From contig VAYJ01000056.1 in assembly GCA_005888465.1 (NCBI GenBank), forward strand, positions 1 to 54,066: 54,066 nucleotides of DNA, given 5' to 3'. This DNA comes from Actinomycetota bacterium. GTDB taxonomy: Bacteria > Actinomycetota > UBA4738. The position numbers were made by a program, and so were the translations under genes. Position 1 is the first letter of the stretch. Each line of letters begins with the position of its first letter. Of the stretch, positions 20,068 to 30,294 are shown in pieces. The notes under the pieces were generated by a model. The model saw only the letters and a program-made list of their open reading frames with translations. It was not told the origin of the DNA and did not search any database.

Positions 20068-21012
20068 TCAGCCTTTGACCGAGCCCGCGGTGAGCCCACG
20101 CACGAAATAGCGCTGGAGGGAGAGGAACACGACGAGCGGCAGGGACATCGAGATGAACGCCGCCGCCGTCAGCAGTTCCCAGTTCTCTCCTCGCGCCCCC
20201 ACCAGCTGCTGGAGTGCGATGGTGAGCACCCGGTTCTGCGGCGTCCCGCCCAGGAACACATATGCGACCAGGAGATCGTTCCATACCCAGAGGAACTGGA
20301 AGATGGCGAACGCGGCCAGGGCGGGCACGGAAAGCGGGACGATGAGCCGCCAGAAGATCGTGAAGTGATCCGCCCCGTCGATCTTGGCCGACTCGATGAG
20401 GGAGGAGGGTAACGAGCCGATGTAGTTCCGGAGCAGGTACACGGCCAGGGGCAATCCGAAAGCAGTGTGGGCCAACCAGACCGCCAGGAATGTGCCTCCC
20501 AGGTTCAGGTCCGGGAAGAGCACCAGCGTCCCGACTGCGGCTCCGCCCGTGTACAGGCGGAGGATCGGGATCAAGGCCATCTGCAGGGGCACCACCAGCA
20601 GTCCCACCACAACGACGAACATGATGTGCCGGCCCCGGAATGTCATCCAGGAAAACGCATAGGCGGCGAAGGCGGCGATGGTGATAGGGATCACGGTCGA
20701 GGGGATGGTCACCGCCAGGCTGTTCAGGAAGGCGTTGCCGAACCCTCCGGTCGACAGGGCCGATCGGTAGTTCTGGAGCGTCCATTCCGCCAGCCGGAAC
20801 GGATGGGCAAAGACGGTCCACCATCCCGTGCTCTCGACGAGATCCGGTGGCCGGAAGGAGCTGATCAGGACGCCGACCGTTGGAATGATCCAGATCACGA
20901 CGACCACCAGGATCATGATCCGGACGAACCACCCGCCGCCCCCGGTCGGCCCGCCTGCCCGCTCTCGCGTCTCAGTGCCAGGCACGACCCGCACCGCGTC
21001 CACGGCGCTCAT
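20068..21012 (-). CDS. carbohydrate ABC transporter permease (CebG/MalG-like)
   Basis: Six-TM permease with EAA loop (IESAKIDGADHFTIFWRLIVPLSVP). ATGA overlap with the upstream permease gene. Confidence 0.9.
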   Translation of the reverse strand: MSAVDAVRVVPGTETRERAGGPTGGGGWFVRIMILVVVVIWIIPTVGVLISSFRPPDLVESTGWWTVFAHPFRLAEWTLQNYRSALSTGGFGNAFLNSLAVTIPSTVIPITIAAFAAYAFSWMTFRGRHIMFVVVVGLLVVPLQMALIPILRLYTGGAAVGTLVLFPDLNLGGTFLAVWLAHTAFGLPLAVYLLRNYIGSLPSSLIESAKIDGADHFTIFWRLIVPLSVPALAAFAIFQFLWVWNDLLVAYVFLGGTPQNRVLTIALQQLVGARGENWELLTAAAFISMSLPLVVFLSLQRYFVRGLTAGSVKG

Positions 21013-22133
21013 CGGATGGCCTCCTGCTCCCGGAACCGGCGGATGTTCCAGATCATCACCGGGATGATCGCCAGAAATAAGACGACGGCGATGGCTCCGC
21101 CCCGGCCGTTGTTCCCCCGGATGAAGAACCACGCGATCATCCGTTCGGCGATCACCTCCGTGCCCCTGCCCTCGGGGTTCCCCATGACGAAGACGATGTC
21201 GAAGACCTTCATGGCGTTGATGACCATGTAGGTGGCCACTACCACGATCGTCGGGAGGATGGTGGGAACGGTGATCCGACGGAACACCTGAAGCTCGGAG
21301 GCACCGTCGATGCGGGCGGCCTCGATGATCCCCTCCGGGATCGCCTTGATAGCCGCGGACAGGATCACCATGGCGAAGCCGGTCTGCATCCAGACCATGA
21401 TGACGACGAGCAAGAGGTTGTTCCAGGGCTTCTGATCGAGCCACGGGACCGGGTTCTTGCCCAGCCCCAGCATGATCCCGTTGAGCAGCCCGATATTCGA
21501 GCCGAACCCTTGCGGGCGGAAGCTGTAGACGAAATCCCATACCACCGACGCGCCGGCGAACGAGATCGCCATCGGCAGGAAGATCAGGGACTTGGCGAGC
21601 GCCTCGCCGCGGCGAAGCCGGTCGGCCAGCGTGGCGAAGCTCAGCCCGATGATCACGGCCACGAGCGGCACGAGCACGATCCATCCGATCGTGTTGCGGA
21701 TCGCAGTGAGCATGTCGTGGTCGGAGAACACGAATCGGTAATTGTCCAACCCTGCGAAGCCGGTGGACGTGGCGTCCTTGAAGCTGATGATGATCGTGTT
21801 GATCACCGGGTACACGAGGAACACGCTGAGGATGACCAGGCACGGCCCGACGAACACATACGGCCGAACTCCCTCTCGGAAGCGGGCGGGAAGCAGCCCG
21901 ACCACCCGGTTCATAGCCCAAAACAGGAGGAAGATGCCGCCTACACCCACCGCTACGGCCACCACGACGATGAGGGCCCGGTTCGCGTTGGCGTTTCGCA
22001 GGTAGTCGAACGTGCCCCACAGCAGCACGAACGCCAGGATGGGGATGGCCACGGCGCCGAGAATCCTCAGGAGCGACAGCCAGAGGGTCGCTCCCCGCGA
22101 GATCCGGGCCCCATCGGGGACCTCGTCGCTCAT
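21009..22133 (-). CDS. carbohydrate ABC transporter permease (CebF/MalF-like)
   Basis: EAA loop IEAARIDGASELQVFRRITVPTILP. Multiple TM helices. Confidence 0.9.
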   Translation of the reverse strand: MSDEVPDGARISRGATLWLSLLRILGAVAIPILAFVLLWGTFDYLRNANANRALIVVVAVAVGVGGIFLLFWAMNRVVGLLPARFREGVRPYVFVGPCLVILSVFLVYPVINTIIISFKDATSTGFAGLDNYRFVFSDHDMLTAIRNTIGWIVLVPLVAVIIGLSFATLADRLRRGEALAKSLIFLPMAISFAGASVVWDFVYSFRPQGFGSNIGLLNGIMLGLGKNPVPWLDQKPWNNLLLVVIMVWMQTGFAMVILSAAIKAIPEGIIEAARIDGASELQVFRRITVPTILPTIVVVATYMVINAMKVFDIVFVMGNPEGRGTEVIAERMIAWFFIRGNNGRGGAIAVVLFLAIIPVMIWNIRRFREQEAIR

Positions 22134-22247
22134 AGGCCCCTACCGGTCGATGACCCCACCACCCCTCCTTCCGCAAGGAGCCAGATGGGAGCGGCCGGTG
22201 AGCCGGCCACTCCCACCCAATCATCAACGAGCTCGGGGATGTCGTCC

Positions 22248-23564
22248 CTAGCTCGCCGGCCAGCTCTTCTCGATGTCGCTCAGCACACCGTCGAGCGAAC
22301 TCGGGCCGCCCTGCAGGTACTTCACCATGCCCGTCCAGAAGCTTCCCGATCCAACCGCGGACGGCATCGCGTCGGAGGCGTCGAACCGGGCGTTACCGCT
22401 CTTGATCGCCGCGGACGTCACCTGGGAGGCGCCCGCGAGGATGCTGTTCGCGTAGCAGTCCTGTGCCACGTTCACGTTCGGAGAGATCCTGGACGTCGCT
22501 TCGCTCTTGCCTTGGTCGCACTGGACCTGGGTGCCGGAGAACTTCTCGACGAAGTCCTTCACCTCTGGGGCGTTCCGGAAGACGACCGAGAGCTCTCCAC
22601 CGATCAGCGCCGCCTGCTGGTTCGGATCGTCGATCGTCGGGAACGGGAAGAAGTCGTAGTCGACCCCTGCCTTGGCGCTCGAGGGGAAGAACGCGTTGAT
22701 GAAGTTCGCCTGCCGGTGCAGCCAGCAGCCCGGAGGCTCCTTGAACATCGGGAGCGGTGCGTCACCAAACGCGATGGAAGGGGTCTGGGCGGCACCACCG
22801 AGGACCCATCCCGAGTGGAACATGACATCCCCGAACAGCTGCCCAGCATGAGCGACCGTCGGGTCGTTGAACGGGATCTCGTGCTTCACCCACTTGTCAT
22901 ACGTGGCCGGGCCGGCGGTACGGAGCATGATGTCCTCCATCCAGTCCGTCGCAGGCCATCCGGTGGCGCCCCCGCTCTCGAAGCCCACACACCAGGGCGT
23001 GCCGCCGTCATTCTGGATCTGGGTGGACAGAGCCAACAGCTGGTCCCACGTCGTGGGGATCTGGTAGCCGGCCTTGTCGAAGTCGTCCTTCGGGTACCAG
23101 ATCATGCTCTTGAGGTTGACGTTGGTGGGGATACCGTAGTGCTTGCCCTTGTACTCCCCCAGACCCATTAGGTAGGGACCGAAGTCCTTCGTCATCTGGG
23201 CCACGTCGAGGCCGAGATCCTCGAGAGCGATGGCCTTTCCCCCTTTTGCCTGCTCGATTACCGATCCGGGCTGCGGGTACATCGCGACGTCCGGAGGGTT
23301 CCCGCCCTGTACCCGGATCTTCACCTGCTCCTCGAAGTCCGCGTTGGCCTCGACCGTTGCGACGTAGTGCGCACCCTTGTTGATGTCCGCATCGATGGTG
23401 CTCTGCAAAGCCTGTGCCTCCGCTGGCTCCATGGCGCTCAATACGCTCACTCGGCCAATGTTCTTCGACGCCTGGTTCGGGTTCTTGTTGCTGGTTCCGC
23501 TCCGGCACGCCGTGGCCATTACGCCCAACGCGACCGGAACAACGATCCATCTGGCAACTCGCAT
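22248..23564 (-). CDS. carbohydrate ABC transporter substrate-binding lipoprotein (family 1 SBP, cellobiose/alpha-glucoside type)
   Basis: MRVARWIVVPVALGVMATAC lipobox. SBP_bac_1-like body (MYPQPG, GIPTNVNLKSMIWYPK, WCVGFESGGATGWPATDW). Confidence 0.85.
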   Translation of the reverse strand: MRVARWIVVPVALGVMATACRSGTSNKNPNQASKNIGRVSVLSAMEPAEAQALQSTIDADINKGAHYVATVEANADFEEQVKIRVQGGNPPDVAMYPQPGSVIEQAKGGKAIALEDLGLDVAQMTKDFGPYLMGLGEYKGKHYGIPTNVNLKSMIWYPKDDFDKAGYQIPTTWDQLLALSTQIQNDGGTPWCVGFESGGATGWPATDWMEDIMLRTAGPATYDKWVKHEIPFNDPTVAHAGQLFGDVMFHSGWVLGGAAQTPSIAFGDAPLPMFKEPPGCWLHRQANFINAFFPSSAKAGVDYDFFPFPTIDDPNQQAALIGGELSVVFRNAPEVKDFVEKFSGTQVQCDQGKSEATSRISPNVNVAQDCYANSILAGASQVTSAAIKSGNARFDASDAMPSAVGSGSFWTGMVKYLQGGPSSLDGVLSDIEKSWPAS

Positions 23565-23706
23565 ACTTCCCGCCCCCCTCCTGGACACCAGGATCGGTCG
23601 GCACTTCAACGGTAATCTACCCCTGCCTGCTCGCCGTCGCGCGGGCAAACAGGCGGTCCCCGCCTTTGCGGACCTCGCGGGCCGTCTCGAGACCTCACCG
23701 AGGACA

Positions 23707-24738
23707 TCAGGCTGACTTCCGTTTGATCAGCGAGGTCGGCACGATGACGTGTTCGGTACGCGATGCCCCTGCAACCTGCCGGAACAGCATCTCGGAGGTC
23801 TGGGCGACCATCTCGTCCAGCGGTTGGCGGATGGTGGTCAGCGCCGGTGAGGTGTGGCGGGCCAGCGGGGCGTCGTCGAAGCCGACGACCGCCACGTCCT
23901 GCGGAACCCGTCGCCCGGCCGCCCGAAGTGCCTGCAGCGCCCCGGCAGCCATCAGGTCGGAGGCGACGAACACCCCATCGATGTCCGGGTTCTTTTCGAG
24001 CAGCCTGGTCAGTGCCACGTGCCCTGCCTCCTCGGTGAAGTCGCCGCCCTGGACCAGGCCTTTTCGCTGCGGGATGTGGGCGGCGGTCAGCGCGTCCCGG
24101 TAACCCTCGAATCGGTCGACCCCCACGCACATGTCCAGGGGCCCGGTGATGGTCGCGATCCGTCGGCGTCTCCTGGCGATCAGGAATTGCACAGCGAGGC
24201 GCGCCCCACCTCGGTTGTCGGCATCGACGAAGGGAACGACGGGGTCACCCTTTGGGCGCCCGACGAGAACCGTGGGGATCCCAGCTTCGACGAATGCCCC
24301 GGGCAGTGGATCCTCGCCATGAAGCGACATCAGCACCACCCCGTCGACGTGGCCCTGCCGGACGTAGCGCTCGACCTTTTCATGCTCCCTGGTGCCCTGG
24401 GCCATGACCAGGACCAGCTGGAGATCCTTCATCGACACCGCGGCCCCGATCCCGCGCACCAGGGCCGCGAAGAACGGATCGCCGAATACCCGGGCCTCGG
24501 GTTCGGAAACCACCAAGGCGATGGTGTCCGTGCGGCGCGTGACGAGCGTTCGGGCGGCGCGATTGGGCACGTAACCGAGCCGGGCGATGGCTCGCTCGAC
24601 CTCGGCCCTCACCGCCGGGCTCGCCTTGGGCGAGCCGTTCACCACACGGGAGACCGTCGCCCGCGACACTCCCGCGACGGCCCCGACCTCCTCGAGCGTG
24701 GGCCGTCTCGGCGCGCCGCGCATCGACTTCAGCGCCAT
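23707..24738 (-). CDS. LacI-family transcriptional regulator (CebR-like context)
   Basis: HTH PTLEEVGAVAGVSRATVSRVVNG..RAEVERAIARLGYVPNRAARTL plus a periplasmic-binding-fold sensor domain. The start overlaps the beta-glucosidase stop by 10 nt. Confidence 0.9.
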   Translation of the reverse strand: MALKSMRGAPRRPTLEEVGAVAGVSRATVSRVVNGSPKASPAVRAEVERAIARLGYVPNRAARTLVTRRTDTIALVVSEPEARVFGDPFFAALVRGIGAAVSMKDLQLVLVMAQGTREHEKVERYVRQGHVDGVVLMSLHGEDPLPGAFVEAGIPTVLVGRPKGDPVVPFVDADNRGGARLAVQFLIARRRRRIATITGPLDMCVGVDRFEGYRDALTAAHIPQRKGLVQGGDFTEEAGHVALTRLLEKNPDIDGVFVASDLMAAGALQALRAAGRRVPQDVAVVGFDDAPLARHTSPALTTIRQPLDEMVAQTSEMLFRQVAGASRTEHVIVPTSLIKRKSA

Positions 24739-26194
24739 CCGTCGCCCCCTCGATCAGCGATCGCGGCAAGCCCGTTGTCCTGAATCACACGGCGATACCA
24801 TCCAGCGCTTTCCTTCGGGATCCGCCGCTGCGAGGCGTAGTCCACGTACACCAGGCCGAAGCGGGGTACGTACCCCTCGGCCCATTCGAAGTTGTCGAGC
24901 AGGGACCACACGAAATAGCCGCGCAAGTCGACGCCGGCCTCGATCGCCCCGTGGGCGGCGGCGAGGTGTCGGCGCAGATAGTCGATCCGGTCGTGATCGT
25001 GAACGTGGCCGTCCGGTGCCGGGTGATCATCGTACGCCGCGCCGTTCTCCGTGACCAGGATGGGGACGGGAGGGTAGTTCCGGTGCAAGTGCACGAGTAC
25101 CTCGGTCAGCCCGCTCGGGTCGATCTCCCATCCCATCGAGGTCCGGGGGACGTCCTGGGAGAGGATGGCAATGCGTTCGGCACCCGGCCAGCCGGGTGGC
25201 GCTCCCTTCGTCCCGTCCCGCATGGGCCCATCAGACTCCGCTACGGTAAACCGCCGGTAATAGTTGACGCCCAGCATGTCGATGGGCGAGGCGATGATGC
25301 CCTCGTCACCGGGTCGCATGTGCGAGAAGTCACTGCGATCACGTCTTCCGGATAGCCGCCCTTCAGGACGGGGTCCAGGAAGAGCCGGTTCAGCACGCCG
25401 TCCATGCGCCTGGCCGCGTCCACGTCCTCCGCGGAAGAGGAAGCAGCCCGCACCGGCGCGGGATTCAGGACGATGCCGAATACGCGCCCACCAGGGTGGA
25501 CGGCTCGGAGCGAATCGACGGCCAGGCCATGGGCCAGCAGCAGATGATGGGCCGCGACAACCGCCCTCTGGGGGTCCCGAAACCCGGGCGCGTGCAGGCC
25601 GTTCCCGTACCCCATGAACGCAGAACACCAGGGCTCGTTGATCGTCATCCAGTACATCACCCGATCTCCCAGGGCCCCGTACACGTGCGCCGCATAGTCG
25701 GCGAAGCGATAGGCGGTATCGCGGTTGGGCCACCCCCCCACGTCCTCGAGCGGCTGCGGGAGGTCCCAGTGATACAGGGTCAGCACGGGGGCGATGCCGG
25801 CGGCCAAGAGAGCATCAACCAGCCCTCGGTAGAAGTCGAGGCCCCGCTCGTTCACCGCTCCGGACCCGTCCGGTTGCACCCGAGGCCAGGCCACGGAGAA
25901 GCGATAGCTCCTCAGGCCGAGCTCGCCCATCATCTCCACATCCCTGGCCCAGTGGTGGTAGTGATCGGATGCGACGTCGCCCGTGTCGCCGTTCCGGACC
26001 CGTCCCGGCAGCCGGCAGAACGTGTCCCAGATCGAGGGTCCCCTGCCGTCCTCCGCCGCCCCCCCCTCGACCTGATACGCGGCGGTCGCCGCGCCCCACA
26101 GGAACCCATCGGGGAACCTCAGGTGCTCGTCGTCCGGCTGAGCCGGCACGGAGCGATCGGGTCTCGAGGGCTTATCTCGTGAGAGCGCTCTCAC
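24729..26194 (-). pseudogene. GH1 beta-glucosidase with a frame break near 25325-25345
   Basis: N-terminal frame: [26 protein letters not shown] (acid/base Glu) up to [13 protein letters not shown]-terminal frame: [25 protein letters not shown] ... ILVTENGAAY (nucleophile Glu) ... WSLLDNFEWAEGY. Span length is 3n+2, i.e. one base short. Confidence 0.85.
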
Positions 26195-26275
26195 GGGTGC
26201 TTACACTGACCGCCTGGAGCAGGTTTGTCAAGCGACCGGGACTACCGACGGAAGCATCACTGAGAGGTTTCCGCC

Positions 26276-26713
26276 ATGAAATGGGTCACACGAGAGAACG
26301 CGAACGTCGACAGGGTTGCATGTCCATGGTTGATCCGGCGCTTCATCGACCCGGGTGCCCAGTTCCTGTTCGTCGCCAGGGACCAGGTGCTCGCCGTCGC
26401 CGATCGCGAGGGTGCGCACTCCTTCGATGCGGCGGGCGCCGAGTACACGCACCGCGACGGGCTCTGCTCGTTCGAGGTGCTCATGGATGCGTTCGGATTG
26501 GGTGAGGACGCGGCGCTCGCGCGACTCGCCTCCATCGTGCATGCGGCGGACGTCTCGGAGGACCTCGGGACGTCGGCCGAGGGGCCGGGGCTGGCGGCGA
26601 TCGCCCGCGGCTTCGCGATCGTGCACGGCACCGACGACCATCGGAAGGTGGAGCTCGAGGCGCCGATGTACGACGCGCTCTACGCGTGGTGCGGGGAGCA
26701 GGCCGCGAGCTGA
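26276..26713 (+). CDS. ChrB C-terminal-domain-like protein (chromate resistance associated)
   Basis: MKWVTRENANVDRVACPWLIRRFIDP...F.F recalls the ChrB_C domain. Translationally coupled (TGATG) to chrA. Confidence 0.65.
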   Translation: MKWVTRENANVDRVACPWLIRRFIDPGAQFLFVARDQVLAVADREGAHSFDAAGAEYTHRDGLCSFEVLMDAFGLGEDAALARLASIVHAADVSEDLGTSAEGPGLAAIARGFAIVHGTDDHRKVELEAPMYDALYAWCGEQAAS

Positions 26714-27864
26714 TGACGCCCGAGGGCGAGCGGATCCCGTTCCGCCGCTACATCGCGTATTTCCTGGGGTTGGGGACCTGGGGCTTCGGTGGCCCGATCG
26801 CGACCGTCGGCTACATGCAGCGCGACCTGGTGGAGCAGCGGGCGTGGGTGAGCCGCCGGGACTTCCTGGACGGGGTCGCCCTCGGCCAGACGATGCCGGG
26901 CCCGCTCGCTGCGCAAGTGGCGATGTGGGTGGGCTACCTCCAGGCCGGCGCCGTCGGGGCGCTTGGCACGGCCGTCCCGTTCATTCTGCCCTCGCTCGCG
27001 ATCGTCCTCGCCGTTTCGTACCTCTACGTCCGGTTCGAAGGCCTGGCGGCGGTCCAGTCCCTCTTCTACGGGATCGCCCCGGCCGTGATGGCGATCATCG
27101 CCGTCGCCGCCGTGAAGCTCGCGCGGCTCACGAACGATCGCGACCTTCGGCTCTGGGTGCTCGCGGTCGTGATCGCGACGGTGACCGCCGTGACAGGCGC
27201 GGAGATCGCGATCCTGTTCGTCGCGGCGGGACTGGTCATGGTGCTCTGGGACGCGCCGCCCGGGTTCGTCCGTCGAGGTGGCGCCGGGTCCATCGCGGGA
27301 GCCGCCGTCCCGTTCAGCGTGCTGACGGGCACGGCCGTGGGGGGCACGCTCGTCGCCCTCGGCCTGTTCTTCCTCAAGGCCGGCGCGTTCATCTTCGGAA
27401 GCGGCCTGGCGATCGTGCCGTTCCTGCGCGAGGGTGTCGTGCACCAGCATCACTGGCTCACGGAGCGGCAGTTCCTGGATGCGGTGGCGATCGGGCTCAT
27501 CACGCCGGGGCCGGTGGTCATCACCGCGGCGTTCATCGGCTACCTGGTGGGTGGCCTGGCCGGGGCAGGGGTCGCGACGGTCGCGATCTTCACGCCCATC
27601 TACCTGGGCGTCGTCGTCCCCGGCCGCTGGTTCATCCGCCACCGCGAGAACCCGCAGATCCGCGCCTTCGTGAAGGGGGCGACCGCCGCGGCGGCCGGCG
27701 CGATAGCCGGGGCCACGATCGTGCTCACCCGGCAGGCCGTGGTCGACCCCTCGACCGGCGCGATCCTCGCCGCGAGCCTCCTCTTCGTCTGGCGGTTCAA
27801 GAACCGGGAGCCGATCCTGGTGCTCGTCGCGGGTGCCCTCGGCCTGCTGCTGAAGGGCGTGTGA
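26713..27864 (+). CDS. chrA: chromate ion transporter (CHR family)
   Basis: FLGLGTWGFGGPIATVGYMQRDLVEQRAWV..FLDGVALGQTMPGP, with the repeat half FIFGSGLAIVPFL..FLDAVAIGLITPGP. A two-repeat polytopic membrane protein. Confidence 0.9.
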   Translation: MTPEGERIPFRRYIAYFLGLGTWGFGGPIATVGYMQRDLVEQRAWVSRRDFLDGVALGQTMPGPLAAQVAMWVGYLQAGAVGALGTAVPFILPSLAIVLAVSYLYVRFEGLAAVQSLFYGIAPAVMAIIAVAAVKLARLTNDRDLRLWVLAVVIATVTAVTGAEIAILFVAAGLVMVLWDAPPGFVRRGGAGSIAGAAVPFSVLTGTAVGGTLVALGLFFLKAGAFIFGSGLAIVPFLREGVVHQHHWLTERQFLDAVAIGLITPGPVVITAAFIGYLVGGLAGAGVATVAIFTPIYLGVVVPGRWFIRHRENPQIRAFVKGATAAAAGAIAGATIVLTRQAVVDPSTGAILAASLLFVWRFKNREPILVLVAGALGLLLKGV

Positions 27865-27890
27865 CCCGCGACGTCCGCGATACTGAACGG

Positions 27891-28205
27891 ATGCGAACCG
27901 CCGACTGCCTGCTCTGCTCCGCGGAACGCCTCACGACGTGGCACTTCGAGGACGAACGGTGCTGGGTGGCCGACTGCCTCGTGTGCGCGACGCCGATGAT
28001 CGTGTGGCGGGAGCACGGGCTCCCCGACGCGGAGCTCGAAACGGCCCTGCTCGGGGTCCTCTCGGAGCACGCGTCGGCCCGGTACCCCGACGGGTTCTGG
28101 ATCGACGGCGAGCGGCGGCGGATCCCCGATCATTGGCACGCGCACGCGCGGCCGGCCGGAGGGTTCTTCGACCCGAGCCGCTCGGCTCCGTGGGCGGCGA
28201 CGTGA
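27891..28205 (+). CDS. small HIT-like / Cys-rich protein (104 aa)
   Basis: DCLLCS near the N-terminus and DHWHAHARP near the C-terminus are reminiscent of the histidine-triad layout. Its stop overlaps the next start (GTGA). Confidence 0.45.
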   Translation: MRTADCLLCSAERLTTWHFEDERCWVADCLVCATPMIVWREHGLPDAELETALLGVLSEHASARYPDGFWIDGERRRIPDHWHAHARPAGGFFDPSRSAPWAAT

Positions 28206-28999
28206 TCCTTCGCGAGCTGTTCGGGACGGAACTGCCAATCATCGGCTCGATCGCGCTCGGGCCGCTCCCGGGCTCGCCGCGGTTCGGGGGCGAACTGGGC
28301 GCGGTGGTCGACGCCGCCCTCGAGGACGCACGCGTCCTGGAAGCGGGCGGCGTGGACGCCGTCTCGCTCGAGAACATGGGGGACGCGCCGTTCTTCGCGA
28401 CCCAGGTGCCGGCCGAGACCGTGGCGTCGTTCGCCCGCGTGCTCGGCGAGGTCCGACGCCGGACGGACCTCCCCATCGGCGTGAATGTCCTCCGCAACGA
28501 CGGCCGCGCCGCGCTCGCGATCGCGCTCGCGTTCGGCGGGAACTTCGTCCGGGTGAACGTGCTGAGCGAGGTCTTCGCGACCGACCAGGGGCTGATCGAA
28601 GGGATCGGCGCGGAGCTCATGCGGGTTCGGCGAATCATCGGCGCCGAACGGATCGCGGTGTTCGGCGACGTGCACGTCAAGCACGCGACCCCGCTCCTCG
28701 CCCGGCCCATCGCAGAGTCGGCGCTCGACCTGGTCGAACGCGGGCTGGCCGACGCGCTCGTGGTCTCGGGAGCGCGCACGGGTTCGCCCCCCACGCTGGA
28801 GGACCTCACCGACGCCCGCCGGGCGGGACCGGTGGTGATCGGGAGCGGGCTCACCGCGGAAAACGCCGGGATGCTCCTAGCGGCCGCCGACGGAGCCATC
28901 GTGGCGAGCACCCTCCGGCCGGGTGGGGACCTCTCCAAGCGCGTGGAGCCGGGGCGCGTTGAGGAGCTCATGCAGGTCGTGCGCGGGATGCGTTCCTAG
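28202..28999 (+). CDS. BtpA/SgcQ-family TIM-barrel protein
   Basis: PIIGSIALGPLPGSPRF, VDAVSLENMGDAPF, IGVNVLRND..ALAIA, NFVRVNV, GDVHVKHA, VSGARTGSPP, VIGSGLT. Confidence 0.75.
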   Translation: MILRELFGTELPIIGSIALGPLPGSPRFGGELGAVVDAALEDARVLEAGGVDAVSLENMGDAPFFATQVPAETVASFARVLGEVRRRTDLPIGVNVLRNDGRAALAIALAFGGNFVRVNVLSEVFATDQGLIEGIGAELMRVRRIIGAERIAVFGDVHVKHATPLLARPIAESALDLVERGLADALVVSGARTGSPPTLEDLTDARRAGPVVIGSGLTAENAGMLLAAADGAIVASTLRPGGDLSKRVEPGRVEELMQVVRGMRS

Positions 29000-30213
29000 A
29001 AGACGTTCGGGCAGAACGGCGGCCGGCCCCAGCCGAACATCGCGTCGGCCAGCGTGAGGGCAGCCGCGTCGCCCTCGACCCGCCCGCCCCTCGCCAGGGC
29101 GCCGAAGCTCACGCCGCCAAGGTACGTCCCGCCGAGGTCGGCCGCGTCGAGCGCCAGGTCGGGGTCGCGCGTCGTGGGCCGGCACGTGGCGCCGTCGGAT
29201 CCCGCGTCGAGCTCGTAGCGACCCTCGTTCCACGGGCAGAACGCGTCGCGGACGTCGAGCACGATCCGGCCCGGCGCTGCATACCGGCGGGCGGGGAGCG
29301 CCGCCGGCACATCGACCAGCCGGATCCACATGGCGTCGGCGACGCGCATGTTGAGGCGGCGAGGCTCCGCGAGCAGGTACTGGAGCGGGTCGTCCAGCGG
29401 CCTGGGCCACGATTCGATCTTCGCGATGAGGTCGATGCCGAAGCAGTACTGCCAGAGGTCCGCGTAGGCGGCGAGCGAGGTGGCCATCACCTCACGGACT
29501 TTGACGATGCCCGAGCCGAACCCCGAGCCCCAGTCCTGCTTGACGCGATACAGGACGTAGCCGTCGACACCCTCGCCGGAGTCGTGCAGCGCGTAGTACA
29601 GGCGCGTGGCGCCGTCCCGCCAGTGCTCGAGGTCCGCCGTGATGCGACGCCACCAGTTCGCAGGCCGCGCGAGCGTGCCCGGCCATGCCGCCGTCGCACG
29701 GTCGTACACACCGGGCAGGTGCTCCAGCGCGGCCTCCTTCTCGGCAAGCCACACGCGTCCGCTCGGCTGGTGGGAGTGCGCGAACGCGGTGTGCGAGCGT
29801 TCGATCTCGATGGCCGCGCAGAGGGTCGCGATCCCGTAGCCGAACCGTCCGTAGATGGAGCTCTCCGACGCCCAGAGCCCCGCGACGAGCTCGCCGCGCT
29901 CGCGGACGTCGTCGAGCTGCGTGCGCATCATCTGGGTGAGAACGCCCCGGCGCCGGTGGGTGGGCAGCACGCTCACCTGGGTCACCCCCGCCATCGGGAG
30001 CGACCCGCCCGGGATCGTGAGGACGAGCGGGAACGCCCCGGTGGTCCCCACCATGTCGGTGCCGTCGAACGCGGCGAGCGTCCGGTCGAACTCCATGACG
30101 GTGCGCTCGACCTCCCAGTCCTCGGCGGTGAAGTCCTCGTTGAAGGCGCGCCCCAGCGACCGCCCGTAGTCGGGCAGCTCGCTTTCGGCGATGGCTCGAA
30201 CCTCGATGTCCAT
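28996..30213 (-). CDS. Eis-like GNAT acetyltransferase with C-terminal SCP2-like domain
   Basis: MDIEVRAI..GVTQVSVLPTHRRRGVLTQMM..ASESSIYGRFGYG, a central GNAT-like repeat, and a C-terminal ...GRYELDAG...LGGTYLGG. The stop is shared palindromically (CTAG) with the btpA-like gene. Confidence 0.8.
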   Translation of the reverse strand: MDIEVRAIAESELPDYGRSLGRAFNEDFTAEDWEVERTVMEFDRTLAAFDGTDMVGTTGAFPLVLTIPGGSLPMAGVTQVSVLPTHRRRGVLTQMMRTQLDDVRERGELVAGLWASESSIYGRFGYGIATLCAAIEIERSHTAFAHSHQPSGRVWLAEKEAALEHLPGVYDRATAAWPGTLARPANWWRRITADLEHWRDGATRLYYALHDSGEGVDGYVLYRVKQDWGSGFGSGIVKVREVMATSLAAYADLWQYCFGIDLIAKIESWPRPLDDPLQYLLAEPRRLNMRVADAMWIRLVDVPAALPARRYAAPGRIVLDVRDAFCPWNEGRYELDAGSDGATCRPTTRDPDLALDAADLGGTYLGGVSFGALARGGRVEGDAAALTLADAMFGWGRPPFCPNVF

Positions 30214-30279
30214 GGCAGACCGTCGCCATTATGACGGCAAGTCCCGACACGGACCCGTCCGGGCAGAGACCTGGGCAGG

Positions 30280-30285
30280 TAGGAT
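30280..30285 (+). promoter_or_regulatory. candidate -10 hexamer TAGGAT, near-leaderless
   Basis: Ends 10 nt before ATG 30295. No Shine-Dalgarno sequence is visible. Confidence 0.25.
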
Positions 30286-30294
30286 GGTTCGTAC

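Noticed and set aside
26355-27890. Upstream 500 aa of the 616-aa ORF 26355-28205, and similarly 42052-43311, 48192-49082, 49834-51777, 12376-13743, 30231-31001
   Set aside because: These are out-of-frame overlaps with recognisable genes (chrA, CrtI-like, rph, DUF885, GT2-methyltransferase antisense, methyltransferase). Only the terminal parts that match protein families were kept.
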